From Eledone cirrhosa (lineage: Eukaryota), in the NCBI GenBank assembly GCA_964016885.1, contig OZ024742.1:285820001-285884000 (forward strand): a DNA stretch of 64,000 bases, written 5' to 3'. The notes beneath the pieces were generated by a model. It saw only the letters and a list, made by a program, of their open reading frames with translations, made no database searches and had not been told where the DNA came from. The position numbers and the translations under genes are program-made. Below are positions 1 to 12,788 of the stretch, piece after piece. Positions within the stretch are counted from its first letter, which is position 1; each line of letters starts with the position of its first letter.

Positions 1-1
1 G

Positions 2-1135
2 GTTATAAGAACATCCCCACTAGAGAGCACTAACAAGTTTGATTTAGAACGTAGCACAATGGAAAGCATCCAGCAGATAGCTAATTCCATTCACCAGAGT
101 ATAACTGTAACTATCGACTTCCCTTCCAAACACCCTAACAATAGACTACCTGTATTAGACACGGAACTCTGGATTAACACTATAGACGAGAGAGCCCAAA
201 TACTCCACTCACACTATGCTAAACCCATGGCCTCCAAATACCTGATACTCAAAAACTCAGCAATGTCCAGTAGTGCTAAGTTTAATATTCTGATCGCAGA
301 TTTGGTATGAGTGATGAAGAATGTGTCCCGCATGTGCGACCCAACAGAAATGGAAAGACACATCCAACACTTCATCAACCGCATGCAGTTCTCTGGCTAC
401 AACCAAAGAGACAGAGTCAGAGTATACGAAGGAGCCATGGAGAAGTATAAGACCCTCACAGAACTGGACATGAAAGGAATTTGCCCATTATACAGGAGCA
501 AATCATGGAATAGCTTAGATAGGGCTAGACATAAGATAGGGAAAGCCACCTCATGGTACGACAACCAGAGATACCAGAGTGTCATGTTTGTGGACACTAC
601 CCCGGGAGGGAAATTAGCTAACCAGTGTAGAAAAGCCCTGAGAAAGACCCACTTAAAGATTAAGGTGGTAGAAAAGCCAGGAACCACCATAACATCCCTG
701 ATCAGCAAAACCTACCCTTTTAAGAAAACCCACTGTACTAATAGGAAATGTATCATATGTAAGGTAAATCCCCGGATAAACTGTAAAACTAGAAACGTAG
801 TCTATAGCATAAGATGTACAGAGGGTACTTGCAGAAACATGACAACAACATACATAGGTGAGACAGCTCGTAGCATAGGTGAAAGGATAGACCAACACTG
901 GGGGGAACTAAAAGGACGAAAAAACGGGTCAGTACTATACGAACATGCCAGACAACAACACGACGGTAACATAGACAACATAGAAATTAGAATAATATCT
1001 AAACATAGAAATGACCCAGCAGATAAGCAAATCAGAGAGGCCAGTGAAATAGAACTTAGAATGCCAAGACTAAACAGAAAGAATGAATGGAATAACAACA
1101 ACACCCAAACAAACACTGACCTAAGAGAAGTATAA
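2..1135 (+). pseudogene. PLE RT/GIY-YIG ORF with one nonsense codon, cut by the window edge
   Basis: ORFs 59..310 and 311..1135 are in frame; ADLV*VMKNVS aligns with [11 protein letters not shown] in the paralog. Confidence 0.85.
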
Positions 1136-1390
1136 ATAAATAAATAAATAAATAAATAGATAAATAAATAAATAAATACATACACAAGCACAATAACAAC
1201 AAACACATATAAACACACACTAGTCACCCAATCACGAACACACATCAAACAAAACACTATACACACACGCAAACGCATGCGCAAAGAAGACAAAATAAAA
1301 TAAACAAAGAAGCAAATAAATAAATAGATATATAGACAGGCTAAATAAAAATGGCGTAGACATACAATGTAACGAGAGGAAACAATAGCA

Positions 1391-1430
1391 CCACTGACGA
1401 TGTTACAGATGTGCAACGAAAGATTTATGA
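1391..1430 (+). ncRNA. Degenerate minimal hammerhead ribozyme motif
   Basis: cca-CTGACGA-t-gttac/gcaac stem II-GAAA-gatt-TA-tga; same position as the better-preserved HHR of the paralog at 13694-13736. Confidence 0.55.
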
Positions 1431-1743
1431 TAAACTATATATATGTGTTTGTGTCTATATTGTATCTGTATTATTTTTGACCGTCGGTCAGTCAATGGCA
1501 ACATTGAGGACCGAATAAATTAGATTACCGATATAAAAGACACAGAAGCGAAAAGCGAAAACCAACCAAACAGTGAGTGTGTTCTGTTATTAATTCTGGC
1601 AATATTACACAAATATGACCCTCCCCAAGTATAACCATATATATATGTGCGTGTGTGTGTGTGTGAGTGTGTGTACATATATATATATATGTATGTATGT
1701 ATATATATATATATGTTTATATGTACATATATATATGTATATA

Positions 1744-1802
<59 letters not shown>

Positions 1803-1953
1803 TAAAATAACAGATTAAAGTTTAAGCAAAGAATCGCTGCTTTCACCCTTAACGGGATCTTGTGCCTTTTATTTCGATAATCCGCGAAAAGCAGACAACA
1901 AGCAGGACAAATTTGGATTTAAAACCTATAATAACCCTCCGTGGAACCCAGCA

Positions 1954-3876
1954 TTGCTACCCTTCGAAAATCATGTCTTGGAACTCATTCGGAGTATCAA
2001 ATTTCGGAATAGGAGCAATTCCTTCCAGCAAGACCTGAAGAATAGAATTCGTTCTATTAAGGATTCGAACGCCGTGCACGTCCATTCCGACAAAACTGGC
2101 AACCTATATCAAGTGGAGCGCAGTACTTACCATCAACTACTACATAATGCTGTAACTAAGGATTACCGTAAAACTAATCGGTGTGTCATCAATGAAATCA
2201 ACGATGCTGGGTTTAAAATCACATCTGATCTCAACATCCTGGACCGGACCGAACCCCTGGACCCTATCTCTCCCCACTTTACCCTGAAGGACCACAAATC
2301 CAATTTTCCGAACAACCCCTCTATTCGGCTTATTAACCCTACGAAGTCCGATTTAGGTAGACTTAGTAAAACGATTCTTGATAGAATTATACTTGAAATT
2401 AGAAATTTGGCCCATCTCGCACTGTGGAACAATTCTTTCGCGGTGATTGATTGGTTCAACGGCATATGTAACAAGGAACATTGCCGTTTTATCCAATTCG
2501 ACATCAACAATTACTACTCCTCCATCACTTTACCACTTCTCCTTAGAGCTATCAATTTCGCTAAAACACTCACAGTGGTTAAGGATTTCGAAGTTGATGT
2601 CATCCTTAATGCCCGAAAGTCGGTGATTAATTTCGACGATTCTATTTGGATTAAAAAATCCAATAGTACCCCATTCGACGTGAGTATGGGCGCCAGTGAC
2701 TCTGCAGAGGTTACTGATCTTATTGGCCTTTTCCTTCTTTTCTCTATCAAGGACGAATTCCCCAACGCGGGCGGTGGTTCGTACCGTGACGATGGCCTTT
2801 TGACCATGACTAAGTGCGGACCTCGTGCTTGCGACAGATTCAGAAAAGAACTCACAGCCTTCTTTAAAGGCTTCAACCTCTCTATACAGGTTGAGGCCAA
2901 TCTCTCGGTCGTTAATTACCTCGACGTTACCCTCAATTTATTGAATGGGTTGCATTACCCGTATAGAAAGCCGAATGATACGCTTAATTACATAAGTAAG
3001 CATTCCAACCATCCTGCCAGCATAACCAAGAACCTGGTAAAAAACGTTTCGTTGAGGCTTTCCCGTCTTTCCACCAACGAGCGCATTTTCAACGACCATT
3101 CCACTTATTACAATGAAGCTCTTGCTCGAAGTGGATTTGTCGATAAGGTAGCATATACAGAGTACGAGAATAGACCTAGAAGAAATAGATCCCGTCGCAT
3201 TTGTTGGTTTAACCCACCATATAATATGGAGGTGGCCACACCATTAGCTAAGATCTTTCTTTCCCTTATTACGAAGCATTTTCCCCCTACACATAAATAT
3301 AGTAACATTTTTAATAGAAACACTATTAAAATTTCTTACTCAATGACTCCTAACCTTGCACATAACATCACAGCTTCAAATTTAGCTAAAATACCTAGCC
3401 GTAGGAACACGTGCAACCCTGTAGTTAGTACTAACTGTAATTGTAGGAATCGGGCTGATTGTCCCCTATCCGGGAAATGCCTCTCTAGTAACATTGTCTA
3501 CAAATGTAAGGTTGTAACACCCACGTCTCGTAGGGCCTACATAGGGTTAACCGCCAATAGTTTCAAGCAGCATCTTTACATGCATACCCATTCTTTTCGT
3601 TACCCTCTAAGAAGGAATATGACGTCACTTTCAGCTTATATCTGGAGTCTAAAAGACAACCACACCCAATATAAGTTACACTGGGAGATCCTAGCTAGGG
3701 CTAGATCGTATAACGGAAATAAAAGACCATGTGACCTCTGCGCCGCTGAGGCCCTGGAAATACTCTACGCCACAGACCACATCTTAAACAAAAAATCTGA
3801 GGCAATTTCGGCTTGTAAACATAAATTGCACAACACTTTCCTGTATTACAGCCCTACGTTATACCCTAACGGATAA
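1954..3876 (+). CDS. PLE reverse transcriptase plus GIY-YIG endonuclease (N-terminally truncated; frame open from ~1861)
   Basis: RT motifs FIQFDINNYYSSI, MGASDS, YRDDGL, YLDVT; CNCR..CPL.G.CL..IVY..YIGLT endonuclease. No native ATG. Confidence 0.88.
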   Translation: MLPFENHVLELIRSIKFRNRSNSFQQDLKNRIRSIKDSNAVHVHSDKTGNLYQVERSTYHQLLHNAVTKDYRKTNRCVINEINDAGFKITSDLNILDRTEPLDPISPHFTLKDHKSNFPNNPSIRLINPTKSDLGRLSKTILDRIILEIRNLAHLALWNNSFAVIDWFNGICNKEHCRFIQFDINNYYSSITLPLLLRAINFAKTLTVVKDFEVDVILNARKSVINFDDSIWIKKSNSTPFDVSMGASDSAEVTDLIGLFLLFSIKDEFPNAGGGSYRDDGLLTMTKCGPRACDRFRKELTAFFKGFNLSIQVEANLSVVNYLDVTLNLLNGLHYPYRKPNDTLNYISKHSNHPASITKNLVKNVSLRLSRLSTNERIFNDHSTYYNEALARSGFVDKVAYTEYENRPRRNRSRRICWFNPPYNMEVATPLAKIFLSLITKHFPPTHKYSNIFNRNTIKISYSMTPNLAHNITASNLAKIPSRRNTCNPVVSTNCNCRNRADCPLSGKCLSSNIVYKCKVVTPTSRRAYIGLTANSFKQHLYMHTHSFRYPLRRNMTSLSAYIWSLKDNHTQYKLHWEILARARSYNGNKRPCDLCAAEALEILYATDHILNKKSEAISACKHKLHNTFLYYSPTLYPNG

Positions 3877-4785
3877 CACGATCTATACGTGGATATTTAC
3901 GTCTTGATGTGGGAGCTAAGTATATGTTTTGTTTATTCCTTTACTTTTTGCATAGGTAAGTATATATTACCCGTATGTTTTGTGAAGGTATGTATACCTT
4001 CTCGTACGTATATTTGACTGTTTTGGCGTATCATTTTTACATATTCTGGTATTTAGGGCTTGGTTATGTGTATATGGGAGTTTTGCGTCTGCGTGAGTAT
4101 GCAGGTTCGTACGTATGGTGGGTGTGTGTATATGTGTACTTCTTGTTTTAGTTGACTTACGTCTCCGAACCTTCATGTATTTATTTGTAGGTATGTGTGT
4201 GCGCTTGTTATATACGTATTTATTTACTTATATACGTTTATATAATTATTTATTTATTTGTACACAAGCATACACACATACACATATTTATATGTGCGTG
4301 GTTTTGTATACCTATGGTAAGGTTTTGCGTATGCTTGTGTATGTACGTATCTGTTTGCGTGTATGTATTTATTTGTTCCTATTACTTCTGTATTGTATTT
4401 ATTTACTTTGTTCTTAACTCTGTAGCGGAGATTCATTCGGTCTCCTAGTTAGAATTTTAGTCTACGACTTCTGCTATACCATTTACGTGGTCTTGTCTTT
4501 GCACGCTATTGTTCTCCACGCTCCACATATCACTTATTATCTTCGTTTTTTCGTTCATTGCCAGAGAACGTCTCTATGCACCACTTAGAGAACTTTAGTC
4601 TACGACCTCTTTTATACCATAAACGTGGTTCTGTCCTTGCACGTAATTGTTTTACATCGCTCCTATTAATGACGTATTATTCGTTTTTTCCCGTTCTTTG
4701 CCAGCGAACGTCACCATGAACCAAAGTATCGTCTTCCTGTCTTCCTCCGGTTGCAACGTTTTTTGAAATATCCAGTTCTGCGTTT

Positions 4786-4861
4786 ACAGATTGACTTTGT
4801 TAGTTTCAGAAGATCCCGTTAAGGGTGAAAGCAGCGATTCTTTGCTTAAACTTTAATCTGT
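4786..4861 (+). ncRNA. Type I hammerhead ribozyme with core mutation U4>A
   Basis: Stem I AGTTT/AAACT extended by ACAGATT/AATCTGT; core CAGAAGA; T-CCC-gttaa-GGG-T; GAAA; stem III AGCA/TGCT; predicted cleavage after 4847. Confidence 0.8.
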
Positions 4862-4958
4862 TATTTTAATAAATATTTGCTCTTCGGTTCTTATATATTT
4901 GATATATATTTTCCTTATCGAGCCCTCTCTGGATTTTAGTCTTCAATTTTATTATTAT

Positions 4959-5004
<46 letters not shown>

Positions 5005-5009
<5 letters not shown>

Positions 5010-5792
5010 ATTTGCAAAGCTGTCTAAACGTATTGTTATTACTCTGGGGTACTATTCCCTATCGAGTGCTAAAACTACATACCGAATTTGCATTCGTTAG
5101 CTTGGCCGCAACCTAAAGCTTCGTTAATGCTGTACTAAAATTTGTATTTTAACTCCTAGAATTAACGATTAACTGATTAATTTAATTAGACAATTCTATT
5201 GATTGGTTAATTGTTTATGTTTGTTTGATAACTTCTGGTTGAGTGCTTAATTCGGTTTGTCTAAGGGAATTTCATTCCTTTGTCTCAAATTTCGAATTCA
5301 CCGCCAAAACGGGGTTACCTCCCTTGGAGAAAACCACGTGTATATAGCGAAATTTACTGCTAGAACATACCCGCAGAGGCTAAAGAACACAAGACTTGTT
5401 GAAGAAGTAAATCCTTTGTTCTGTCGTCAAAGACCACTAACTTGCAGACCCCTGCAAGCGGAATTAGTCAATCTTGGATTTACAGAAACCTAACGTGGAT
5501 GTTGTGTGTTGTATGTGATGTATATCGTATGCTATACGATATGCATTATATGTTGCATTCGGTCTCCGCGCTATGTCTAGGTCAGTCTAAAATCTTTTCC
5601 TGAGTCCAACCATTTTCGTTGCTGTGGCAATGCTGTTGGGATGCCGATCGCTATATTTGATTTGCAAAGCTGTCTAAACGTATTGTTATTACTCTGGGGT
5701 ACTATTCCCTATCGAGTGCTAAAGCTACATACCGAATTTGCATTCGTTAGCTTGGCCGCAACCTAAAGCTTTGTTAATGCTGTACTAAAATT

Positions 5793-5797
<5 letters not shown>
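5005..5797 (+). mobile_element. ORF-less PLE terminal-repeat-like unit (~648-bp period, ~1.2 copies) with degenerate HHR
   Basis: ~5005-5147 repeats at ~5653-5797; flanked by (TA)n. TTGAAGA-GTAAATCC...GGATTTAC-A-GAAA-CCTA...TAGGTC-AGTCT at 5392-5588. Confidence 0.6.
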
Positions 5798-5845
<48 letters not shown>

Positions 5846-5952
5846 GTTTTGTAACTTGCTTGAAGCATTGTTCAATAGGAAACACAAATTTAAATAATTT
5901 TGAAAACCAAACAATGCATTAGGAAGAACATTAAATCGCCAAGATAACAGAT

Positions 5953-6140
<188 letters not shown>

Positions 6141-7639
6141 CCCTGAAACTACCTGTTGAAACGGCAAGAGCACAACCGTTAGGTTCCCACTCTTGATAAT
6201 ATATATATATATATATATGTGTACATAAATACGTTATTCCTCCGTCGGCTCCATTCATCCCTGCGAACGTCTATTGTTCGTTTATTCAGTGAAGCCAATG
6301 ATTAAAGAAGTTGTGTAGTTGTTAGAATTATATTAACTAGTCTAATACTGTGGTTGATATAAATGTTCAACCCACAACCCTTCCCTTCACCTACCTAGAC
6401 TTGTGTCTATTTTAGAAAACATTAGTAATATACTCTTGTAATAGAAGTGTGAGCGAATGTGTTTGATCGTTGAATTTGATGCTCAAAATCTACAGGGATC
6501 TACATGTGTGGTAAACTTGATCCATCACACTGTCACCCTGTTTAACATCACCGCTATCATAACCACCACCTGGTCTTTAGGTACATCTCGCAGTGTCTAC
6601 TCTATTGTAAACATTCAAACCAGGTTTCAGAACTGAGGCTACCTTATTTCTTTCCTTCCCCCTCTCCAGTCTAAGAGACATGGAACAGTAAAAAAGAAAG
6701 AAAAAATACTCTGAAAAAACGAATAAAAATAGACCACCTTTTGCAATTTACCGAACAATTAGCTTCAAATACGACTGACAAGATAATATCAAACAACATA
6801 CAAGATGCAAATAACATGTTGGAGAGTAATTACAATATTTCTATAGCGGTGTCATATTCTTAGAATATAAAACGAATCTATGAATAAATGAATAAAAATA
6901 TTTCCTGTGAGCTTTAACTGTTTATAGACGGAGACATTGGATAGTCGGTTCTGTGAAGATATTAGATTGGACTTCGATCTGTATGAAAGAACATTGATGG
7001 ATATGGTTGTGCTTCAAATGATTGAAACATAGAGTAACGTCCTTTGAATATATTAACACCTGAAGGACAATACAATAATTTGAAAAATATGATGGAGGTA
7101 GCTATGTCATGAAATATTCTGTACAAAACATTTTGTCCAGTATAAGTATTGATTATCATTCAATAGGACCAAAGTCATAAAAGCATTCCTATATCATTAA
7201 TATAGAATATTTAGCAATATCTGTGGATCAATATATATTTATCGATTTATAGACTGTCTCGAAATTGAAGGTAGAAATACAGGCTGAGAATTCACAAGTT
7301 TGTGAGAGTGTAGAAGAAAATGACTTGCAATACTTGTTCCAATGTTTTAGGATATGTTTTAGAAATTCCGCCGCTGAAATTAATTTTTCCCTCAACCAAT
7401 AAATAAATAGCCAATCTACGATGGTGAACTGGGTGAGGGGTTCTAAGGCATCCGACCGCATACCTAGTAGAATTGGTACTGACTCTGTACATTCTGGGCT
7501 CAAATCCAGTCTCCTGTCACCGGAAAAATGTGACATAGAATTGGAGCCACTATCATTAAAACAGTTAAGAAAACTCCTGTCATGCAACTTGTACGGGTCA
7601 AATGAAACGTTTGCAGTTTTAGCCTGTAATAGCGATTTC

Positions 7640-7808
7640 TGGTTTAGGCACAATGTCAACAAATTGGGGGAGGGGAAAGTCGATTAAATCGATCCCAGTG
7701 CGTTACTGGTACTTATTTTATCGACCCTGTAAAGATGAGCGGCAACCTAACCTCGGTGGGATTTGATATGCCACAAAACAAATTGTTTGACGCTCTACCG
7801 ATACTGTA
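7640..7808 (-). mobile_element. tRNA-derived SINE
   Basis: Reverse complement of the family core ...GGGTCGATAAAATAAGTACCAGT... seen in many copies in this window. Confidence 0.8.
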
Positions 7809-7884
7809 ACCTGTAATATCGATACCAACAATAATGTGATGTCTGGACTATTCTGTTCTATCTTGCGTTATGTTGGCAAGTGTG

Positions 7885-7951
<67 letters not shown>

Positions 7952-8411
7952 TGATACATATGTCCCTATGAGTGAACCATGCAGCTAAGCATGATGTACT
8001 TTTCCTATAAGAATGTATTTTTCTAAGTTAATATATAACTGACTATTGTAGTCTTTTTCTGAATCCTAATTTATGGAAATTTTCACTTAACTAACAACAC
8101 CAATTTTGTAAACATGTGTACATGTGATTTACTAATCTGTATGTGTATATGTTTATCTGTTAACTAGATGCATATGTATGGCTATGTGTGTGTATTGAAC
8201 GAGATGTGTATTTGTATGGCATATGTGTGCGTCGATGTTTGATTAGAATGTATGGCTGTATGGGTATGTGCGTGCGTATGTGTGTATATGTGTGTGTACG
8301 TCCTGATTGTATTTGACTAGAAGTATGAAAATGTATATTACTTCGTGTGTACATGTTTGTATGTTTGGCTAGATGTGTAAGAATGTGTATGTGTAAGGCT
8401 CTGTGTGTGTA

Positions 8412-8450
<39 letters not shown>

Positions 8451-8772
8451 TGACGCGCATGTGTGTGCTTATCTTGGTGAATTGCATATTAATTCCAAAA
8501 AAATTGGTTCGCTGAATTATTTGTATTTGTATTTCACAGCAAACTCCACCACAGCCACCTGCAACACTATCTACAGCACAGCCACCAACACAACCATCAA
8601 CATCACTACCATCACCTCAACCACAAACACCACCATCATTCCAACCATCAACACCAAACACCAACACGACAACCAATACCACCAACACCACCGCCACCAC
8701 TTTCTCCATAATCTCTTTGTTTCTGTTGATACCATTTTTCATATTTCACTGTTTGATTTTCTCTTTCTGGCT

Positions 8773-9015
<243 letters not shown>

Positions 9016-9024
9016 CTTTATATA

Positions 9025-9067
<43 letters not shown>

Positions 9068-9219
9068 TACACATATATGCATGTGTCCACGCATATGTGT
9101 CCATACATATATATATATATATGTATATATATATGTCTGTGTGTGTGTGTGCGTGGACACATGCATATATGTGTATATATGTATATATATGTACACATAC
9201 ATATATGTAGATGTATATA

Positions 9220-9261
<42 letters not shown>

Positions 9262-9294
9262 ACGCCTACACATATATATATGAGTGTATGTATG

Positions 9295-9367
<73 letters not shown>

Positions 9368-9504
9368 TGTACACATATATATATGTGAATGTATATATAT
9401 ATATATATATATATGAGAATGTATATATATATATGTATATATATATATCTAATGTACCCATGCAGATACATATATATATATATTGTATATATATATATAT
9501 ATAT

Positions 9505-9566
<62 letters not shown>

Positions 9567-10186
9567 AACAAGTAAGACCCCGACGGCTGAGCTCAAGCCG
9601 TTTCGACGGCTAATTCTGGTTCCTTGCCACATTTCCTTCGTTATATATATATATACACACATGTGTGTGTGTCGTACAAATTATCCTCTTTTTTGTCACT
9701 CTCCAACATAGAATAACAAACCTATTCAAACCAGCTTCACGCTTTTCCACATTTCCTTCATTTGTTTTAATCAATTTATATAATTTATTTATTAATATTT
9801 TTATTCATTCATTCAAACATTTATCATTTCATATTTTTCTTCCGTAAGTTAAATAAAATAAAATAAAATGAAATTTAAAAAGAAATGAAATAAAAATGAA
9901 AAAATATATATATATAAAGAAAAATTAAAATAAGAATAAATAAATAAATAAAAAAAAATGAAATATAAATAAAAATAAAATAAAAACAAGTATAAAAATG
10001 AATTCAAGATACAATATAAATTAATATGAAATAGACTCTAATCCAATTTCACCTTATCGACTTTTGCAGTTTACATATTTTCGTTTCATTAATTCTTTTT
10101 TATAATTCCCTTTCCTGGCAATTCCCTTTTTATAATTCCCTTTCCTCGTAATTTTTTTTGTATTTCATTTTCAAAATTCTGACATT

Positions 10187-10224
<38 letters not shown>

Positions 10225-10230
<6 letters not shown>

Positions 10231-10914
10231 GTGAGGTTTTTTTTACAAAATGAAAAATAACCGAGGTGTCCTACACGAGTGGAAGTATAAAGAAAAAGGG
10301 ATGAAATCGAAAATGCAACTGAAGTCTTATTTTTTAAAAAAATATATATATTTATTTGGTTCCTTTACCGGTTTCGCAGTTCTTCTGCTTTTCAAAAGGT
10401 GAGTTGAGATGGAGGGTCTGTGGTTTTTCTCACATCTGGTTGGTCTCTAAATGTTACTTGTTTTATATGGAAAAAGTGGCTCGAAAACCAGGTTTTTCGA
10501 GAAGTAATTTGATTGGTTTGTCAATAATTATAATAAATTTCGCGCCAGTTCGCGTTACAATAGTTCTTCAAATAAGAGAGGGGGGGGGGGGTTGTCACAG
10601 GTTGTTTTTTCATATATGAGTGTTTGAATTTCTTTTTACTTGAAAAAATGAGGCTCACGAAGGCTTTTTTTGGGTTGGTTATAAATGAAATTTGGCTGTC
10701 ACGTGAACAAGTTTTCATTACATTTTTGCGCCCTTATTTGGAAAACTATTCTGTAGTCTTTATAGTGAATGTTATGACAATGGAGAGATAGTGGTCAAGG
10801 GAAAAGGGATTGGAAGAAATGTTCTGGTTCAGTGAATATGGCCAGCTGTCAGAGTTCAGGTGTCAGAGTTCAGATTTTCTATTGAGACTGAAGATATGTG
10901 TTTATTTGTGTGCT

Positions 10915-10947
<33 letters not shown>

Positions 10948-11205
10948 ATGTGTGTATTGGAAGATGATTCTATTAGTAGAGATGGGGGAGGGAGTTGTGT
11001 GTGTGTGTATATGGGTGTTATGTGTGTGTGTGCGAGTATGTTAGATAGAGAGAATATATATTTTGTGTGTGTGTATATATATATGTGTGTAGGAAAGTGG
11101 TTCTATTAGTAGAAATGGGGAGGGTGTTGTAGGTGTGGGGTTTGTTATGTGTGTGTATGGGTGTTATGTGTGTGGGAGTATGGTTAGCATGTTAAGATGA
11201 AGAGA

Positions 11206-11236
<31 letters not shown>

Positions 11237-11906
11237 GTGTGTGTGTATGTGTGTGTGTAGGAAAATGATTCCTTTAGTAGGAATATTTTTGAATGAACAT
11301 ATTTTCCTGACTTTTTCGTGTTTGCTGTTGTATTGCCAGTGCAAACGTATGTTTAAGGTTTATTTAGTTCGGGTTTTTATTTTCTAAAGTAGAAGGTGTT
11401 ATGTGTGTGTGTGTATGTCATATTGTGGTGTTGACATAATGTATATTAAACCTTATTTAATGTTGGTCTATATTTTTGAATAATCATATTTTCCTTATTT
11501 ATTCGCATTTGTTCTGTTGTATTGTTAGCGCAAAGGTAAAATGGGAAGACTTGGAATTTGGGTGTCTTATTACTTGCGCAAATGTCTAGATGTGCACTTA
11601 GTGGTATCTGTCTCGTGGTTGGATCTCGTAATTGTTGGCGATGAACTGTCATTCTGTTTCTGAGTGTGAGTTTAGTTTGTCCTATATAATCTTCATTGCA
11701 TCCTTTACATTTAATGGCATAAATTAGATTTTTTGATGAGCAAGTGAAGTGATTTTTTACAGTAAAATTTTGTCCTGATTTAAATGTATACGTGTTGTCT
11801 TCAATGAGGTGAGTGCAGGTTCCACAATTAGAGCGACCACATTTTTTGATACTTGGTTGTGGGTTTGTGGTAGGTAATTTGGCATTGGTGAGTAATGTTT
11901 TCAGTG

Positions 11907-11910
<4 letters not shown>
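10225..11910 (-). mobile_element. Penelope-like element 3' fragment (GIY-YIG, 3' UTR, HHR); possibly Neptune-like (tentative)
   Basis: ORF 11446..11910: CGRSNCGTC, FTCSSKNLIYAIKCKGC...YIGQT..LRNRMTVH. HHR at 10362-10399. (TA)n flanks. Confidence 0.85.
10362..10399 (-). ncRNA. Minimal type I hammerhead ribozyme, U3-A8 core variant
   Basis: Minus strand: CCTT-TTGAAAA-GCAG aagaa CTGC-GAAA-CCGG-TA-AAGG. Confidence 0.8.
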
Positions 11911-11936
<26 letters not shown>

Positions 11937-11940
<4 letters not shown>

Positions 11941-12492
11941 CAAGGTTTAGCAAATAAGATAAAGTTTCAAAATAAATTTAAAAAAATTAACTGTACTTAC
12001 TATGGTTACCTTTACCGAGTCGGTTTCGATTCTCAAAAATAAACGGAGTCCATACTGCCTTCGTTGCAAAGAAAGAATCTCGTCAGAAGGATCTTTTCAT
12101 TCGGAGAATATAAAATTCTCGAATTCAAATTACGAACTGGCGCTATTCAAAATTGTTCCCGAGATGAGAGTAAATGAAGTGGAATCAATTTTTTCAAGGG
12201 CCGAGTGTAAAGATAAAGGCAGAGGCAGAGAGGTCAGATGGCTACTGCTATAACTAGCAGCAGTCAGAACGACCAAATTTTTCTCAAAATAGAGGAGGAT
12301 AGTAATAATAGGATATGTGTTCCTACACGAACAAGGCGCTAAGGGACACATGTATTGTCCAACCATATGCCAATGTGGTTCAATGGCAGGTTAATAAATT
12401 AACGAGCCAGAACATATATAATCAACGTTTAGCAAATAAGATAAAGTTTCAAGATAAATTTTAAAAAATTAACTGTACTTACTATGGTTACC

Positions 12493-12496
<4 letters not shown>
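11937..12496 (-). mobile_element. ORF-less HHR-bearing unit (482-nt period plus 76-nt terminal redundancy), retrozyme/pLTR-like
   Basis: 11938-12014 repeats at 12420-12496. Related copies at ~16998-17165 and ~54694-54845. (TA)n flanks. Confidence 0.75.
12009..12090 (-). ncRNA. Type I hammerhead ribozyme, canonical core
   Basis: CCTT-CTGACGA-GATTCT...AGAATC-GAAA-CCGACTCGG-TA-AAGG. The first stem II pairs covary with the copy at 54694 (GAG/CTC versus GAT/ATC). Confidence 0.85.
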
Positions 12497-12583
<87 letters not shown>

Positions 12584-12708
12584 GTATATATATATACATA
12601 TATATATATATATACATAATATATATATATAAAAAGAGCGGGGCAAGCGGTTATCAAACAATTTCCTAAATAAATTAAAAAACGATTTAAATAATCACCT
12701 GTTCTATT

Positions 12709-12788
12709 GCTGTTACCGACGGTTTCACCATTCCAAATATTGGAAATCCAGAGAATTTCCAATGGAAAGAAATGGATCTTCAGACAGC
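12709..12788 (-). ncRNA. Type I hammerhead ribozyme (U10.1·U11.1 variant), copy 1
   Basis: GCTGT-CTGAAGA-T-CCATT...AATGG-T-GAAA-CCGTCGG-TA-ACAGC. Confidence 0.85.

Larger units (their letters stand above)
1..1637 (+). mobile_element. Penelope-like retroelement, 3' part (RT thumb, Cys-rich linker, GIY-YIG endonuclease, 3' terminal repeat/tail); possibly Naiad-like (tentative)
   Basis: Frame open from position 2 to 1135 except one TGA at 308-310. Motifs RLPVLD, FVDTTPGGKLA, CxxxxCxxC, NVVYSIRC...YIGETARSIGERIDQH. Homologous to the element at 13481-15347, including the 3' tail. Ends in a TA/CA microsatellite. Confidence 0.9.
1795..4962 (+). mobile_element. Penelope-like retroelement (second clade), 5'-truncated, with inverted partial terminal repeat, inserted in (TA)n
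   Basis: 1795-1861 is the reverse complement of 4810-4876. RT/EN ORF, long 3' UTR with a diverged ~139-bp direct repeat (~4447-4720), HHR and tail to 4962. (TA)n on both sides. Confidence 0.92.

Noticed and set aside
308-310. In-frame TGA as selenocysteine (reported for some Naiad PLEs)
   Set aside because: The paralog has Arg (CGG) here, not Cys; CGA>TGA CpG decay is the simpler explanation, and no SECIS was recognised.
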